Source of the DNA: a virus
Lineage: Duplodnaviria; Heunggongvirae; Uroviricota; Caudoviricetes
Length of the DNA stretch: 57,565 nt
Virus record (IMG/VR): IMGVR_UViG_3300025916_000008
Coordinates: 104,845 to 162,409 of that record
Strand: one strand, 5' to 3'
Position numbers and translations under genes: made by a program. Each line of letters begins with the position of its first letter. Within the stretch, counting starts at the first letter, position 1. The notes below the pieces were generated by a model that was not told where the DNA came from, did not search any database, and saw only the letters and a program-made list of their open reading frames with translations. Positions 55,783 to 57,565 of this stretch are shown here, one piece after another.

Positions 55783-55806
55783 GCTCTGCCTCCGGTGCTT
55801 CCGGGG

Positions 55807-55974
55807 TCAGTCCTCGTACAGTCCCTCCATCCAGGCCACCGGGTCGGTCCCCATGCCGTCGGTGGGGATGCGCGCCTCACGCCGCCGCCAGAAGTCGTCA
55901 CGGCGGCGGGAGAGGGGCTGGTACAGGCAAGCGCCTGGGCACTCGTCGTGGTCGCACTTCCTGATCTGTTCCAT
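55807..55974 (-). CDS. Possible small Cys-containing protein between chaperone and tape measure genes
   Basis: MEQIRKCDHDECPGAC..; fills the gap, but no clear SD. Confidence 0.4.
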   Translation of the reverse strand: MEQIRKCDHDECPGACLYQPLSRRRDDFWRRREARIPTDGMGTDPVAWMEGLYED

Positions 55975-56054
55975 GTGAGCCTCCGCAGGTTTTAGTCCCT
56001 GCGGTCTTATATGTGTGAGGACCGCGCTTACCCCACGCTCCGGGGCAGTTTTTC

Positions 56055-56995
56055 TCAGGTCCACTCCAGGCTGGGCACGTACTCGTGCTCCGGCGTCACC
56101 GGGAGCCGGGGGGCGGGCTCGTGTATCACCACCGTCTGGCTGGCCGCCACCAGGGCGGCCATGTCGGCGGCGAACGACTCCGGGGTGGCCTCCTCCAGGC
56201 GGAACGCGCTCATGTCGGCGTCGGTGGACGGGAAGGCGCTCCTGTCCCCCTCGTCGGCCTCGGGGAAGTACTCCGGCCACGCCTGAACGGCGGTGATGGT
56301 CCCGGACGCGACGGCGGAGGCGAGGATCAGGTCGGTGCGGCGGCGCTGCTCGGCCTGGCCGTCCAGGAAGTAGAGGACGTCCAGGCAGGCCTCCTGGACG
56401 CGGGACAGGCGACGGCCGGACAGCAGGCCCCGGCGGTCGGCTAGGCGGATCTGGCGCTCAGCCCAGGGCTCGCATCGTCCCCCTGGGCCGATGATTTTCC
56501 CAGTGCCGTCATTACCTCGCGCTGCCTGACCTCCAGCCGGAGGTAGGCATCGAAGATCGCGTCGATCGTCGGCGGGTACCAGCGCCTCGCGTAGTTGAAG
56601 CGCTCCAGTGCCCACTTGTACGGCAGGTCGGGGTCCTCGCCGAGCGGCACCGGCATTGGACGGCGGTCGACCGCCTCCACCGCCAGGCCGCAGATGGCGG
56701 TGGCGTACGCCTTGGTCGCGCCGATGCTGCTCTCGAACTCGCGGGTGAGCTGCGCGACGAGCAGCTCCTCGTCGGTGGTGAGGGTGCGCAGCGAGATCCG
56801 GTGGCCGCACCAGTCGAACCAGCCGCGCAGCGCGCCGAGGCGAAGCAGCCCGGTGAAGTCCTCCCGCCAGGCTGCCTCGTCGTGCTTCTCGACGTGCAGC
56901 TCGGGCGCGGCGTCGACCGGGCTGTCCCCGGCAGGGGCGTCGGCGCGGGGGAACCCGGCCTCGTCCTGCGGGTCCCTGGAGAAGCCGTCGGTCAT
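56055..56995 (-). CDS. Tail assembly chaperone G (56441..56995) and -1 frameshift GT fusion ending at 56055
   Basis: In-frame slippery G GGA AAA at 56501..56495; the -1 frame stays open (KIIGPGG..WAERQIRLAD..) to the stop at 56055. Confidence 0.85.
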
Positions 56996-57177
56996 CCGGC
57001 CGGGTCCACGGCGGCAACGGACTCGGGGACCTCCAGGGTGAGGCTTCCCTCGTCCGAGGGGATCTCCAGGATGATCTCGTCGTCCTCGAACTTCACGAGC
57101 GCGTGCCGCCCGTCCACGTCCACGTCGACGTGGACCGAGGCGTCGGCGGCGACGGTGGCCCTGACGTCTACCTTCAT
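56992..57177 (-). CDS. Small acidic protein
   Basis: ATGA overlaps at both ends. Confidence 0.6.
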   Translation of the reverse strand: MKVDVRATVAADASVHVDVDVDGRHALVKFEDDEIILEIPSDEGSLTLEVPESVAAVDPAG

Positions 57178-57347
57178 GCCCGGTTCACTCCCCAGGTAGC
57201 CCTGCTGCGCCGCTGCATCGCGGCGTTCGGGTCCTCCACCGCTGCGGACGCGGCGGCGGTGCCCGGCACGTTGACGTCCACCGCCACCGACCCGGACGAG
57301 GTGGTCCCGTCCGAGCCGGTCACGGTGACGTCGATCTGGAGGATCAC
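57174..57347 (-). CDS. 57-aa protein (MILQIDVTVTGSDG..) missing from the ORF track
   Basis: GTG 57347 overlaps the upstream TGA; its TGA overlaps ATG 57177. Confidence 0.6.
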   Translation of the reverse strand: MILQIDVTVTGSDGTTSSGSVAVDVNVPGTAAASAAVEDPNAAMQRRSRATWGVNRA

Positions 57348-57565
57348 GCCGCCGGGGGCGTTCCGACCGTGCTGGTGAACACGGCGGTGCCGGCGTCGTT
57401 GCTGGTCTGGGTGTAGGTGTCGCCGAACGAGTCGGTGACGGAGACCGGGAGCGGGCTCGCCGGGGCAGCGCCTACCGTGACCTCGGCGGTGCCGGTGGCG
57501 GTGCTCCCGTCGCCGTTGGTGACCACGGCGGTGATCGTGAGGGTGGTGCCGGGGTTGGCCGGGTC
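57344..57565 (-). CDS. 3' part of a Thr/Val/Gly-rich (Ig-like) virion protein; start lies outside the window
   Basis: Open from the window edge: DPANPGTTLTITAVVTNGDG..SVTDSFGDTYT..VFTSTV. Confidence 0.6.
   Translation of the reverse strand, partial: DPANPGTTLTITAVVTNGDGSTATGTAEVTVGAAPASPLPVSVTDSFGDTYTQTSNDAGTAVFTSTVGTPPAA

Noticed and set aside
1-57565. tRNA, rRNA, integrase or IS elements
   Set aside because: No cloverleaf with a T-loop consensus, no tyrosine/serine recombinase or transposase motifs, and no terminal inverted repeats recognised by eye; a tRNAscan run would be needed to exclude tRNAs fully.

Overview
The window is a contiguous, very GC-rich segment of a large contractile-tailed (myovirus-type) actinobacterial phage or prophage. 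Its gene order resembles Bxz1/cluster C mycobacteriophages. Almost all genes are on the minus strand. Reading from the right-hand end: small virion genes, a tail assembly chaperone with a -1 frameshift, tape measure, baseplate and tail-fibre genes, divergent DinG and SNF2 helicases, a GH25 endolysin, a replication/recombination block (5'-3' exonuclease, primase-helicase, J-domain protein, SSB, DnaE, RecA, three nucleases/resolvases), a sigma-like factor and the terminase large subunit. No capsid, sheath, portal, integrase, tRNA or CRISPR array is visible in this window. Most long ORFs in the supplied track are antisense shadows or false 5' extensions. Two regions stand out. (1) At 24.3-30.2 kb there is an actinomycete-type conjugation/spreading module (TraB-like FtsK translocase, Spd-like membrane proteins) next to a DivIVA-domain gene, preceded by the same promoter-like motif as the phage's other operons. 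(2) At 3750 to <1 there is a >1250-aa ORF missing from the track that carries about five ADP-ribosyltransferase-like domains in tandem. Two recurring cis-elements were found by eye: ATAC(A/G)G-N6-TTGATA (8 copies, promoter-like) and CCCCGGAAG-N2-3-CNGGAGG (translation-initiation regions of late genes). An iteron-like GAATCGCAC cluster follows the primase. All family assignments come from motif recognition; no database searches were run.
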